From: Octopus bimaculoides
Taxonomy: Eukaryota
Length of the DNA: 64,000 bases
Reading direction: 5' to 3'
NCBI RefSeq assembly: GCF_001194135.2
Contig: NC_068998.1
Coordinates: forward strand, 21,770,753 to 21,834,752
Translations under genes and position numbers: made by a program
Shown here: positions 27,337 through 38,789 of the stretch, in pieces
How the letters are laid out: each line of letters opens with the position of its first letter
Position numbering within the stretch: the stretch's first letter is position 1
Notes under the pieces: generated by a model
The model's input: the letters and a program-made list of their open reading frames with translations, nothing else
Databases searched by the model: none
Told to the model about the DNA's origin: nothing

Positions 27337-27427
27337 AAATCCAAATCTAATGTTTATTATTAGATATTTTTGCATATTTGGAGTTAAAGAATTTTTTTTT
27401 ACTAATTATCATTCTAATGGTTCTCAT

Positions 27428-27811
27428 GTGGAGACGCAATGGCCCAGTGGTTAGGGCAGCGAACTCGCAGTCATAGGATCGCGGTTTCGATTCTCAGACC
27501 GGGCGTTGTTAGTGTTTATTGAGCGAAAACACCTAAAGCTCCACGCGGCTCCGGCAGGGGATGGTGCGAACCCTTCTGTACTATTTCACCACAACATTCT
27601 CTCACTCGTACTTCCTGTTTCTGTTGTGCTTGTAATTCAAAGGGTCAGCCTTGTCACACTGTGTCACGCTGAATATCTCCGAGAACTACGTTAAGGGTAC
27701 ACGTGTCTGTGGAGTGCTCAGCCACTTGTACGTTAATTTCACGAGCAGGCTGTTCCGTTTATCGGATCAACTGGAACCCTTGACGTCGTAAGCGACGGAG
27801 TGCCAACACAC
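27428..27811 (+). mobile_element. Young full-length tRNA-derived SINE (tRNA-Arg-like head, octopus OR-type) with a 12-bp TSD
   Basis: A-box TGGCCCAGTGG, B-box GGTTTCGATTC, TCG anticodon-like loop, tail GACGGAGTGCCAACACAC; TSD AATGGTTCTCAT at 27416-27427 and 27812-27823. Confidence 0.95.
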
Positions 27812-30800
27812 AATGGTTCTCATAAAGCTAAATTTTAGATGTATGATCCAAGTTGTGTTATTATTGCTTTCTTTATCGGAATGATGGGTTGTGTTTGAGG
27901 GGATCAGCTATTCTCACCCATGGTGTTGGTTTCTTTTTTGCTATTCTATATCTATCTATATTAAATTGAGTTCTATGGTTATATATTACTGGAGGGTTTA
28001 GGTGAGATTAATACTAACATTAGTAAACCCAAGAATACTGACAACAAACACCAAAATACTTAACTAAAGATAAAAATAGGAAAATTAAACCAATAAACAG
28101 AAAAAAAAATCTAATCTCAGCAAAAATATTTCGTTCCACATAGAATCATCTGTGCCTGGTGCAGAAGTTTGGGCCTGGAATTTTACATTAACACCTTCGT
28201 GGGTGATATAAGTTAGACATGGCTATTTCTTCCGAAGCTTAAATCAAACAGTGTAGTAATCTGGAATGTTGAATTGAAGGAATCCAGTTACTTCTTTACA
28301 CTGTTTATTACTGATCTTGCGGCTAATGTCTAATAAATCGTTTCAATGTGATAAAGCAGACGTACCTTCATATATGGGATAATACTGTCTAGGACGTATG
28401 TGATAATGACCCGATGTCGGATTTTGTGGGGTTACACTTCCCATAGATCTTTTAGTGACGTAAGGTTGTTCGGACAATAGAGATTCCAAAGTAGCGTGGA
28501 GTTCCTTCCATTACTATAGCTGAGGATACTTAGCTAGGTAAGGATCTCGGCACTAGTCTAGTCATACAGAATTTCTTAGGATAGGAAAAACAGGGACGTG
28601 AATTGATTTATAATTTTTTTGCAAATATTCACTTGCATTGATACTTCTCGGGATATTAGATTAGATGGATTTAACAGAGTTACTCAATTTATTATTTATC
28701 AATAAGTTCAAATGATAAAGTTTGAATGATTGCAGTCGCCTGTTGCCGTGTAGGTTTTTGTTAAGATTTTAAACTGTAGTAAGCTTGGTAGACGAATCAT
28801 CATGTAATATCTCTTCACAGTTCTAACAACATGCGATTGGTTTAAATTAATTGTACGTCGATTATAGTTGACAATTCACTTAAATATTGTTCCTTCCTAT
28901 GGCTGTGGATTTTAAGTAGTTGTCGAGGAGCTGCATATCATTAGTGATTCTGCAACATTCAAGAGCATTGAGTAGTAACATAAATTTTCTCATCCACCTC
29001 AGGTGTCTACAAATCATAAAAATGATACTTTATCCCGTTACTTACATCTTACAATTAGTTTCTTGCAGGTGACACAACTGTGTTTCTAGAAACATCAGAT
29101 TTTTTGGTGTAGCACCTACCTACTCTTTTATTCAGGAAAATTTATATTCATATTATACTGAAGTATTAATTAGTTATTTTATAAATTTCCATGAAAGATT
29201 CCAAACTTACAATGAGCAAAGTGCTGCAATATTTTTATTTTTCAAAGCATTATAATGGACATATTTCAGCATATTTATTTATAATTCAAACTATATATCT
29301 TGAACTTTTAGCCTATATATCAATTATATTGTATAACGATGGAAATATATTGTGTTCAAGTATACGAACGGTACACATGTTAAATTCCACCGTGACTATA
29401 TCATACTGCTTCCTACATTATATGCTGTAATCAGTTGACAATAATGTTACGTATTATGAATTTTCTATCACGATATTATGAATAGTTTCAGAAATTTATG
29501 TATCGTTCGGCAGATATGTATTTTTGAATATACATGTTAGACACGAAGTATAGCGTGCATTCTCGGTTAAGGAAAAAATTAAGCTCCCACACACAGACAA
29601 ACACACACCTGTTTAGTGAAACATGTTTAGTGATGCAGATAGGGAAAATACAACTAAAAACATGAATATACATAATATTATAAATATTTAGCAGAAGCAA
29701 CAGTGACTCAAGAGGGAAGAGTTCTGTATGTTAATACCTATCAAACCCAGATATATGTATGTGTGTTTTTGTGAGTGTGTGTGTGTGTACATACGCACAT
29801 ACACACACGCACACACATGATTCATTCGTTAACTATTTCGCTTTGTGATAATCCAACCAAATCACGCTGCACGGCATCTTAGAGGAGATTATTGAAGTCT
29901 TAGTTCATCTCGTGTTTTTGAATATAATTGTTTCTTTATACACAAAATCAGGGAGACGGTCTTTTTCTTGGGTCTTTTCTTCGGACACATTTTGCGTCTG
30001 GAGTTACACTACCTATGCATAGAAACACACCCTCTGCTTTATTATAGGCTTGCAGCTGTTTCAGGTATGTGTGTGGTTGAGTTCAAGCTTCAACTTTATC
30101 AAGCAAGCAGTTGATCGACTGAAAATATAGGGAACGATCATCAGAATATTTTCGACAGAGCCAAACCAAATCATTTGCTAAAAGAAAAGAAAGAGAAAGG
30201 ATTTAGTTAGAGTGGCATGTACACAGAAATTGGTCGCCTGTTTAAAAGTAAATCTTGCTAATTTTTAATTTAGTGTCTCTCATTTCCCTGACTAATAACT
30301 ATTTTATTTGAGTTATAATTTTTAATATAAACTTAGAATTTTAACCTTTCCCAACCCACTGATAGTATTCCTACATTTTCTCTAGGTAATTCTGAGTCAC
30401 TTCTACCTATTACTTTTTCGAAAACCTTAGCTTTAATTCTCTTAATTTAGTCCTGTGTTTCTAACTTTATTCCTCTCCCTTTTTTCCTCTTCCTTCTTCC
30501 CCCCTTTCTTTCTGTTCAGGTTTTGGCCATTAATATTATGGTTTTACTCATAAATAATACAACCCCACATTAATGTATATCTTATTTTAACTAAATATGT
30601 TTATCTTGTTCTAATTATTATTGTTCCCTATAGTTTTAAACTTAGTAATTTAGTGTTTCATTGTATTATTCTAATTATACTGTAGAGTAGATATATTTCT
30701 TTAATACCTTGACCTTAATTCCCTTACCTTAAATTTTGTCCAAATTCTTACCACTCCTTAGGGTATTGTCCTTCCATTTCCTTTTTTTCCCTCATGCTTG

Positions 30801-31268
30801 ATTTACCCCTAACCTGCTGTCCATCACTACTTAATCTATCTTTCTCTACATTTGAAATTACTACTATCCCTCCAATTAGATTTTAAATTCTTGTTTGATT
30901 CACCAGTCTGTTAAACAGCAGCATAGTCGAGATGGTATGTTTTCTTCTCTTACTCTTGTTTTTTGCAAACATCTTCAAAATGACTTTCTAAAATGAAATT
31001 CCATTATGCAGCTGAGGAGTACATTTTCATTGTAAATTCTATGTGGTGTTCTCACTACATGAATAAATGGAGCTTGTACGAAACCTACGTAGTGCTATAA
31101 CCTATTGAATTTTTGTTGCTTATCTTCAAATATATATATATATATATATAACCACGGTAACTGTAGTGTATTTGCATTGTAGCAGTTGAAATGAGTCACG
31201 AACGTATTTTAACTGACCTAAATTTTGACTTAAATTTTGTTCATGCCTAAACATAAGTGTGTGTGTTT

Positions 31269-31398
<130 letters not shown>

Positions 31399-31805
31399 GT
31401 GTGTGAATATGTATAGAAAGTGTTCTAAAAAAGTTTATTGAAGTGGACAATTGATTTTTGCCGTAGATAAATGATATAAATATTTATGCAACATTATCAG
31501 GTCGAAAAAAATTCCCAATGAATCGAAATTTTTTTCTTCATATTTAATATTCAACGATTTTCGAAGAATTTCCAGAATATATGACACACTTTGACAGAGA
31601 ATCATATCATGCTATAATACGTGTAGAGTCGTTTATATATAGTTTCAATGCCTCCCCCAATTTTCAGAGACAGGGAATGCTTGACTTCCTCCTTCTGCTT
31701 TGTCCCCTGTCTCCGTCCCACCACCACCATCTATCCCAGTAATACCATCAACTGAGGCAACTTTGGCACCCGAAGGCAAGTTTTGAAAGAGGAATATAGA
31801 GGCCT

Positions 31806-31883
31806 ACCTGCCCCCGCAGAGACCTCCTCTACCTCCACCTGCCCCCGCAGAGACCTCCTCTACCTCCGCCTGACCCCGCAGAG
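31806..31883. repeat. GC-rich 31-bp tandem repeat x2.5
   Basis: ACCTGCCCCCGCAGAGACCTCCTCTACCTCC repeated twice, plus a partial third copy. Confidence 0.9.
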
Positions 31884-32170
31884 GGAGTAAGAGGAGGTTG
31901 GACTGAATAATAGTGTCGAATGTAGTAACTTTTGCAACCTGGGCCTCCTACACCGAATGTCAGTCAGATCTCTCCTTTCGAATACATGAAAAGTTTCGAA
32001 ACATTGTTTACAAAATTATAGCTGATCATTTGCGAAGGAGCGTGTCCACAGTCAACACTTAGGATTTTTACACTGGTAACTTTTCCTACTATGTATGCTA
32101 CTACTATGTTTTACAGTGAATGATCTGCTCGCATTATATTGCTCATTTATTATTTTATTCCTGTCAGATC

Positions 32171-32670
32171 ATGATACCAAAACGGAAGTCGTCAATTGGG
32201 AGAAAAACAAGAAATGCTGCTTCTACCAGTAGGACTCGGTCGGACGAAGCGTAGAGACAAGCCGAACAAGAAAGCGATACAGAAGCACGGACTGCAAAGC
32301 GCCAAAATAGAAATACCTCAGCACGTCGATCACGTAGGCTAAATCCGGCTATCAGAGATGCAGAACTAGAGAACAATACCGTAGCACGCCGATCAATTGC
32401 GATTCAAAAATGATGATTTACAAAATATTTCCCTCGCAGATAGTGAAAGCGATAAAATGATCACAGATTATAACTTACTTACAGTGCAAGATGATTTTGA
32501 CGAAAATAAGATCCCGGTCTCACAGCTGTGGCAGTTTTGGAGATTATGTATGCCTGCATTGCAAAGCGAAATACTAGCCTGCTGAACTAATTTCCCAATG
32601 CTGTGAAAAAAGGGAAAGTTAAAGTTGAGCCTATTCCGAATTTATCAGATGATATTTTGAAACAGGAGTC
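32171..32670 (+). mobile_element. Helitron-like Rep/helicase ORF N-terminal fragment (pseudogenised)
   Basis: MIPKRKSSIGRKTRNAA.., then after frameshifts CGSFGDYVCLHCKAKY*PAE..CCEKGKVKVEP. This matches the CxxC..CC..GKV zinc-finger-like motif typical of Helitron RepHel N-termini. Confidence 0.7.
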
Positions 32671-32884
32671 ACACAGGAGAGCTAGGAAGAAGAGGAGATA
32701 GGAGTGAGGAGAAAAAATTCAAGTGGTGTGAGGAGAAAAAATATAAGAGGTGGAAGGAGAAGAAAAATAAACACAAGTTGGCAAGGTAACTAGTGCGGAA
32801 TGAGAGAAACGACAATAGGAAAAAAGCAGAAAGTATAAAAAAGTTTAGAAAATTTCAAAAGGTTCTTTAATTTTCGCGTACTAA

Positions 32885-33011
32885 CTCCACTCACAAAAGT
32901 TTGGTCGACCCGAGGTTATAGTAGAATACATCTCCCGAACGTATAAAGTAATGGGACTGAACCGGGAAACATGTAATTGAGAAGCAAACTTCTTGTCCCA
33001 CAGCCACGCCA
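32885..33011 (-). mobile_element. SINE family A, 5' part
   Basis: Minus strand GGCGTGGCTGTGGGACAAGAAG..CCCGGTTCAGTCCC..CTCGGGTCGACCAAAC. Confidence 0.8.
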
Positions 33012-33573
33012 AACAAAATTTAACAAAATGTTAGACGTAAGTCAAAAACCAGTTAAGAATACGGTTTACCAAGGATATTTGCAAAATAAGCGCACCGCAG
33101 TTAAGAAGATACAACAGTTGGGTTAATTATATAACATTTAGTTAACGTAATGTAGTGGATAACTTAACGGAAAATAATTTTTTTCTTCCATTTAACGAAA
33201 ATATATGAGAATAGAGATAAATATTCGTGTGTCAGATGGTATTATTTTCGTTTAACTAACAATTTCTTATTAATTTTATTGCCGAAAAACATAACTTCCT
33301 TTGGAAATTCTTCCCTTAACTTTACAAATAAATTGGCGGCATTTTGCAAAACCAAACTCAGTGTTCTGAATATGTTTCAAGTGCTCGAAAGTATAAACAC
33401 TTTATTTCATTTTCTGTTCAATTTGTTTCTTAATTTTCTGAAATCATCTCGTCCTAGTTCTTGGAAATCGTTAAGTATTACAACTGAGGAACTATATTTT
33501 TTCTTCAACAAATGGGTAAATACAATGTTACAATGAATTTCGTAGAAACGTCATTCAGTTCATTAACATATGC

Positions 33574-33613
<40 letters not shown>

Positions 33614-33619
33614 GTACAA

Positions 33620-34497
33620 ACTGGGTGCGATGGGTAAATTGTCGACTTTTAATATTTTTAATTTTGCGCTTGTACATTGTTTTTTTCTTATTTTGCCCAC
33701 TACATACTAAAGTGGGGTCTATTGTGCACCGTCTGGGAGCAAGATAACACCTGACGCAATTCAATCTGCTAGGAAAATGGAAAAAAAACATGCTATACTC
33801 CTTAGCATTCGCACCGGAAGCTCCAACATGAATATTTCAGTGTTTGGGTTTCAATTTGACGACAGTGCAGAAGATTCGTAGATGAGTCTAACGGTAATTA
33901 AGAAGGTACGGCATCTCGGAAAACTCACTCTGATCGTTCTGGAGAGAAAAGAAATCCACACGCTCTCAACTCAACACGGAGGCCTACATCAAAAGCCTGC
34001 AGACGGTAGTAGTGCCCTCAGTGAAGAGGATGGCTACTGAAAGACCCCTATGTCAGGCAGCAGGAATCTGCACCATGCCACACAAGCACGAGAATCAAGT
34101 CATGACTGTCAGCAATTTCTGCAACCGCATCATCCCTAACATCTGGCCACCTAGCTCCCTAGATTACAACCCCTTTGATTTTTATGTGTTTATGTGTGGG
34201 GCGCAGTTGAGATAGAGACTAAAAAAAACTCTTTGTAACAACAAAATGAACTGACAGGAAGGTTTATAGCAGCATTCACGAACTGAAACAAAGACACCGC
34301 CCAGCAGAGTTGCAGGAGGTTCGGACGTCACCTGGAGGCTGTGGCTGAAGACACTGTCAATTTTATTAAATATATTTATTCTTTAGCATTTCAAGATATT
34401 TTTATGTTATTTTGGTAAATACATCAGTTAAAATGAGATGTCGGTGTTATTTTCATTTTTGAGTAATTTAGATGACAATTTATTCACCGCACATTGC
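33620..34497 (+). mobile_element. Internally deleted IS630-Tc1-mariner element of the DD37D (maT-like) type
   Basis: Imperfect TIRs GTGCG(A/G)TG..TAAATTGTC at both ends. N-terminus KHAILLSIRTGSSN..RKTHSDRS is fused directly to LNTEAYIK..RPYVRQQESAPCHT..IWPPSSLDYNPFDFY..GAV. Confidence 0.8.
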
Positions 34498-34532
<35 letters not shown>

Positions 34533-34889
34533 CTCTGGATGTATATACGTTTGTGATTATACTTAAACCGGTGAGTGCGTGTTAAGTTTCTGAAATTTGA
34601 AAAAATGCGCTCTTCTAATGCACATAGTTTTTATTGGATGTTCGTTTTACGTCTTAATTTTCGTTATTTCTTTCAACTTTTCAAAAAATTTCTATGTATC
34701 TAAATTTATTCCTTGTTTATATATTTGTTGATGTTTTTATTATATTTTACATTTCTACTTCCAGTTGCGTGGATCTTTCTAAAGAATTTCAACATGCGGC
34801 AACTTCAAAGCGTTGAAAAGAGAAAATTAATAATAATAATAATACGGATGATGTTGATGATGATGATGATTATACCGACAACATTAACA

Positions 34890-35040
<151 letters not shown>

Positions 35041-36004
35041 TTTAATACATAAATCTTGAATTCCTTCAACTAGTATAATCATATAAATCTGAAATTCCTG
35101 AAAGCTTGAGAGCAGTTTGAATAACAACAATGAAATGTGTTGAGCACACGAGATAGAAGGTTAATTAAAATATCCACTATTGTAAGAAAGAAGGCTACAG
35201 TTTTTTCAAAGTATTTTACAAAACCCGGGGGAAGAAACGAATGCAATCCTATTAAAAGGTCCTTAAATACCGCAGAATTTGTAGAAGCGTTGTCTTTCTC
35301 TAAAAAACACAATTATTCCGAATATAATTTGCTTAGAAAATCCAATTCTTCAAACTACAACAATTCCCCCATTCCTATCAGTTGTTTTCCTCGCATAACA
35401 ACCATTTTTTCTCCATATTAACCAAGTTACAGTAATATCACTGAGATGACACGATGTTACCGGGAATAAAAATTTTCCACCAACAGTGTTTTTTCTGTGT
35501 TCTCTCTGCCTACGAGATATAATAGCCAAATATAATTGAATAAAAATCCTACAATTTTAAAAGATATAAAATATTGGTTTGTAGCCCAACTTACTTCTAA
35601 TGATAGATGTTCAGATGTGACCGAAACATCGGACCATGGGTCAATACATGAAAGTTGTCATGGTGTTAAACTGCAAAATGTAAATTAATGATAATCATAT
35701 GCAAAAGTATAGTATTCTTAGTTTACTAAGTTTTAGAATTATTCAAATTAATATAATCTAATCAGAATATTTCTGACACCTCAAATTACACTTTGAACAA
35801 ATAGATTTCAGTGATAATTTCTTCCTTCAATTCTTCGCCATTTTTTTCTTTTGGAAAAATATTATGTCTTATCTTAAGATAGGTGTTATCATTTGCTAAT
35901 AAAATCTCCATATATGTTATCGCTAGAGACCTTTTGATGAATGACAGATAATGGAAACTGATTTAATATATGTGCATCTATATCAGAATGTCTTGCTATA
36001 TATA

Positions 36005-36134
36005 NNNNNNNNNNNNNNNNNNNNNNNNNNNNNNNNNNNNNNNNNNNNNNNNNNNNNNNNNNNNNNNNNNNNNNNNNNNNNNNNNNNNNNNNNNNNNNNN
36101 NNNNNNNNNNNNNNNNNNNNNNNNNNNNNNNNNN
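36005..36134. other. Assembly gap within an (AT)n repeat
   Basis: N run. Confidence 1.
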
Positions 36135-36169
<35 letters not shown>

Positions 36170-36250
36170 CGGAGTAAGCACATATATGTGCAACAAGGTG
36201 GAAAAAAGAGTACTCAAATACCAGAGGTAGAGTAATATGCTTTATTTTTA

Positions 36251-36316
36251 TTTAAAAGCAGCAGAAATATAACAAAAAGCTGTAACAGTTTTTGTTATAT
36301 GTCTGCTGCTTTTAAA
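36251..36316. repeat. Near-perfect 28-bp inverted repeat (hairpin)
   Basis: TTTAAAAGCAGCAGAAATATAACAAAAA versus TTTTTGTTATATGTCTGCTGCTTTTAAA, one mismatch, 10-nt spacer. Confidence 0.9.
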
Positions 36317-36559
36317 TAATATATATATATAACTATGTGTCTGTGTGAGTGTGTTTTGTGTATACATATATTCATACATGTATTCATACATACATATATA
36401 CATGCATGCATACATACACACAAGCATACACATGTACGTTTGGATTTACGAAATAATAACTAATAAAAATCATTCAAATGGACCAACCCAGTGCTCAAAA
36501 ATCTTAACCACAATAGTATCGTAAATGGTGTATATACAGCTGTTACCCTAAATATGAAC

Positions 36560-37180
36560 TGTGTCTTGTATACTAAGAAGGAACTCTTCATTAATTCTGT
36601 TGATTATAAAGATCAAAGTACTTATTTGTCACATGTCTTTCTAGATATTCCACTGGCATAAATTGCATCCATTTTGTGTGCTCTGTACATAGGATACAAC
36701 ATGAGTTGTTATTGTTCATCTCAAATCAAGTAGCTCTAGGATTGAAGATGTTCTAGTATTGACTGTTCCATCTTTTTGTCCGGAAAGCTTCATCAAAATT
36801 GTGTGTTTCTGTTTTAAAGATATTTAGGTCAAATTTGTGGGAGATTAAGTGCTAGTTTTGGCTGGTCAGATAGGCATGTAACAAGCAGGAGTAACTACTC
36901 TGTTGAGTTTGAATGTGCATTGCAAGAAGATTGAATGCCCACCGAAGAAATATGGCATTCTATAATTTCACAGTAGCTATGTGCCTGTAAACACCGACAC
37001 AAAAACAGAATTTGTTAGAAGTACACCTTTAAGGTCATCACTGCTTAGAATATATGGCGACCATGTTGTTGGCTACGAATCAGAACGATAGATTTTATGG
37101 ACTGAGGGAGAAATTTTAGTGTGGCTGTGTGGGATGGGTAGAATTACTTTAGAATCGCAATTATTAACTTATGGTTGGTC
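36560..37180 (-). mobile_element. Possible ancient APE-endonuclease fragment of a CR1/L2-type LINE
   Basis: Minus-strand pieces KIYRSDS, (G)VAIYSK, NSVF and FFGG(D)FN-like appear in the expected order; very decayed. Confidence 0.3.
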
Positions 37181-37380
37181 CCAGTTCAGTAAGATGCGGA
37201 TGAAGTGAATGATGATAATAAAAGTGTTGATGTTTACCGGATGTTCTTCAGATAAGTATGAACTAAAAACTTGTCAAGATAAATTAAAATGTTGAGATTT
37301 GAGTAAAAGATGAGAGGATACATGTTGGGATAAGAAGCACTAAGTCTAACTGATGTATAGGTGGATAAGTAACAATGGTT

Positions 37381-37590
37381 TAACATTTTGGCACAAGGCA
37401 AGCACTTTTGTGGGAGGGGAAAGTCGATTACATTAACCCATATGCTCAACTGGCACTTATTTTATCGACCCTGAAAGAATGAAGGTAAAGTTGACCCCGG
37501 TGTCTTTTTGAACTCAGAACGTAAAATTGATAGAATTACAGCTAAACATTTTTCCCGGCGTGTTTAAAGATTCTAACAGCTCGCCGCCTT
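37381..37590 (-). mobile_element. tRNA-derived SINE, same family as 11785-11966
   Basis: Minus strand AAGGCGGCGAGCTG..CTGAGTTCAAAA..TTACCTTCATTCTTTCAGGGTCGATAAAATAAGTGCCAG. Confidence 0.8.
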
Positions 37591-38210
37591 GGGTGGGTAA
37601 GTAATAATAATGATGCCAAGTATGACGTTGTGTGCTCATGTAGACAGCCTCTGTAAACATAGAAGAAATAATCCGGAACCAGAGTAATTATGTCTTCCGT
37701 TAGACAGGTGTTGAAAGGATAAATAGCATCTGAGCCTAAAATAACTGATTGGGAATTGAGTTTCGTAGCTGAAGGAAGAGAATAGGCTTCAAATATCTAC
37801 AGACATCCTTATGAATTGTTGCAGTTATAATTACCCATGAGTATAAAAACATCAAATAACATGAAGATACAATAATTTTGTCATGCATGTGACAAAATGT
37901 AGTCTAGTAGTAACAAAATTAAGAATTTAAAACCCACGTTTATTTCTCTCGTAAGAGAAATCTTAACAAGTAAACTCCTCTTGTATATGATTTAAAGAAA
38001 CAAGATGCATACCACCTAATGATATGCAAGAGACTTTTGTAGAAAGGGGAGAGAATTATTTACGTTGCATAAACAAAACAACTAACAAAAACTGCTACAG
38101 AGAATATGAAAATGAATGGAAATCATTTGGTGTTTGACTAGAATCAGACGGAGAGAAACTCTTGAAGGTGGATAATTAAACCCAAACACTTCTATCGTAT
38201 AATGGTACAG

Positions 38211-38230
38211 AAATAACTGAAGACTACGAG
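38211..38230 (+). CDS. Candidate 20-nt micro-exon (ITEDYE), speculative
   Basis: TACAG acceptor, strong donor GAG|GTAAGT; only one frame is open (phase 1-0). Confidence 0.28.
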
Positions 38231-38539
38231 GTAAGTAAATTTGGAATAGGAATATTAAACAATTTATTAACATTCAAATCAGAAAGAAGACCAGAGCCAG
38301 TTATAAAAAGACTTGTAAATTAATGACTGTGATAAAAGAACTCACAGACATATGTAATTAGCAAAAGATATGCAAGTAACATTGATTACTACTTTAAAAC
38401 CATGCTTAAATTTGAAGATAAATACAGTGGTATACAAAAGTGAGTTATAAATACTCTTGCTACACTAATTATATATTACATGCTTCTTATCCATTAAAGA
38501 TTAAAGTAAGTGCTATGTGTTTGTGTGTAATACTTTGTA

Positions 38540-38590
<51 letters not shown>

Positions 38591-38789
38591 ATATATGTAC
38601 AAATATAAGTTGTTTCTCACGATCTCTTCTTAGTCTTCGTATATCGAAATGAAGAATCATGAGATCTAACTTCATTCTTATAGAATCTCCATAACAGAGA
38701 TCAGAAACAAATACCCAGTACAACGAAACAGTATTAATTTTGTAATGATAATAATTGTTATAATTGTTATAATTGTTATTATTATTCCT

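Noticed and set aside
30048-30064. 17-nt micro-exon candidate with a strong donor
   Set aside because: Its phase is incompatible with the proposed exon chain, and it is better explained as an antisense hammerhead remnant.
30300-30900. Strongly strand-asymmetric stretch with IKVKVLKKYIYSTV on the minus strand (possible ancient RTE remnant)
   Set aside because: Only one weak motif; too decayed to support a call.
31806-31883. Direct repeats considered as a CRISPR-like array (also 13821-13862)
   Set aside because: The repeats are contiguous with no spacers, in a eukaryotic context with no cas genes.
35594-35640. CTAATGA..GACC-GAAAC as a hammerhead
   Set aside because: No convincing stem I or stem II pairing and no NUH triplet in register.
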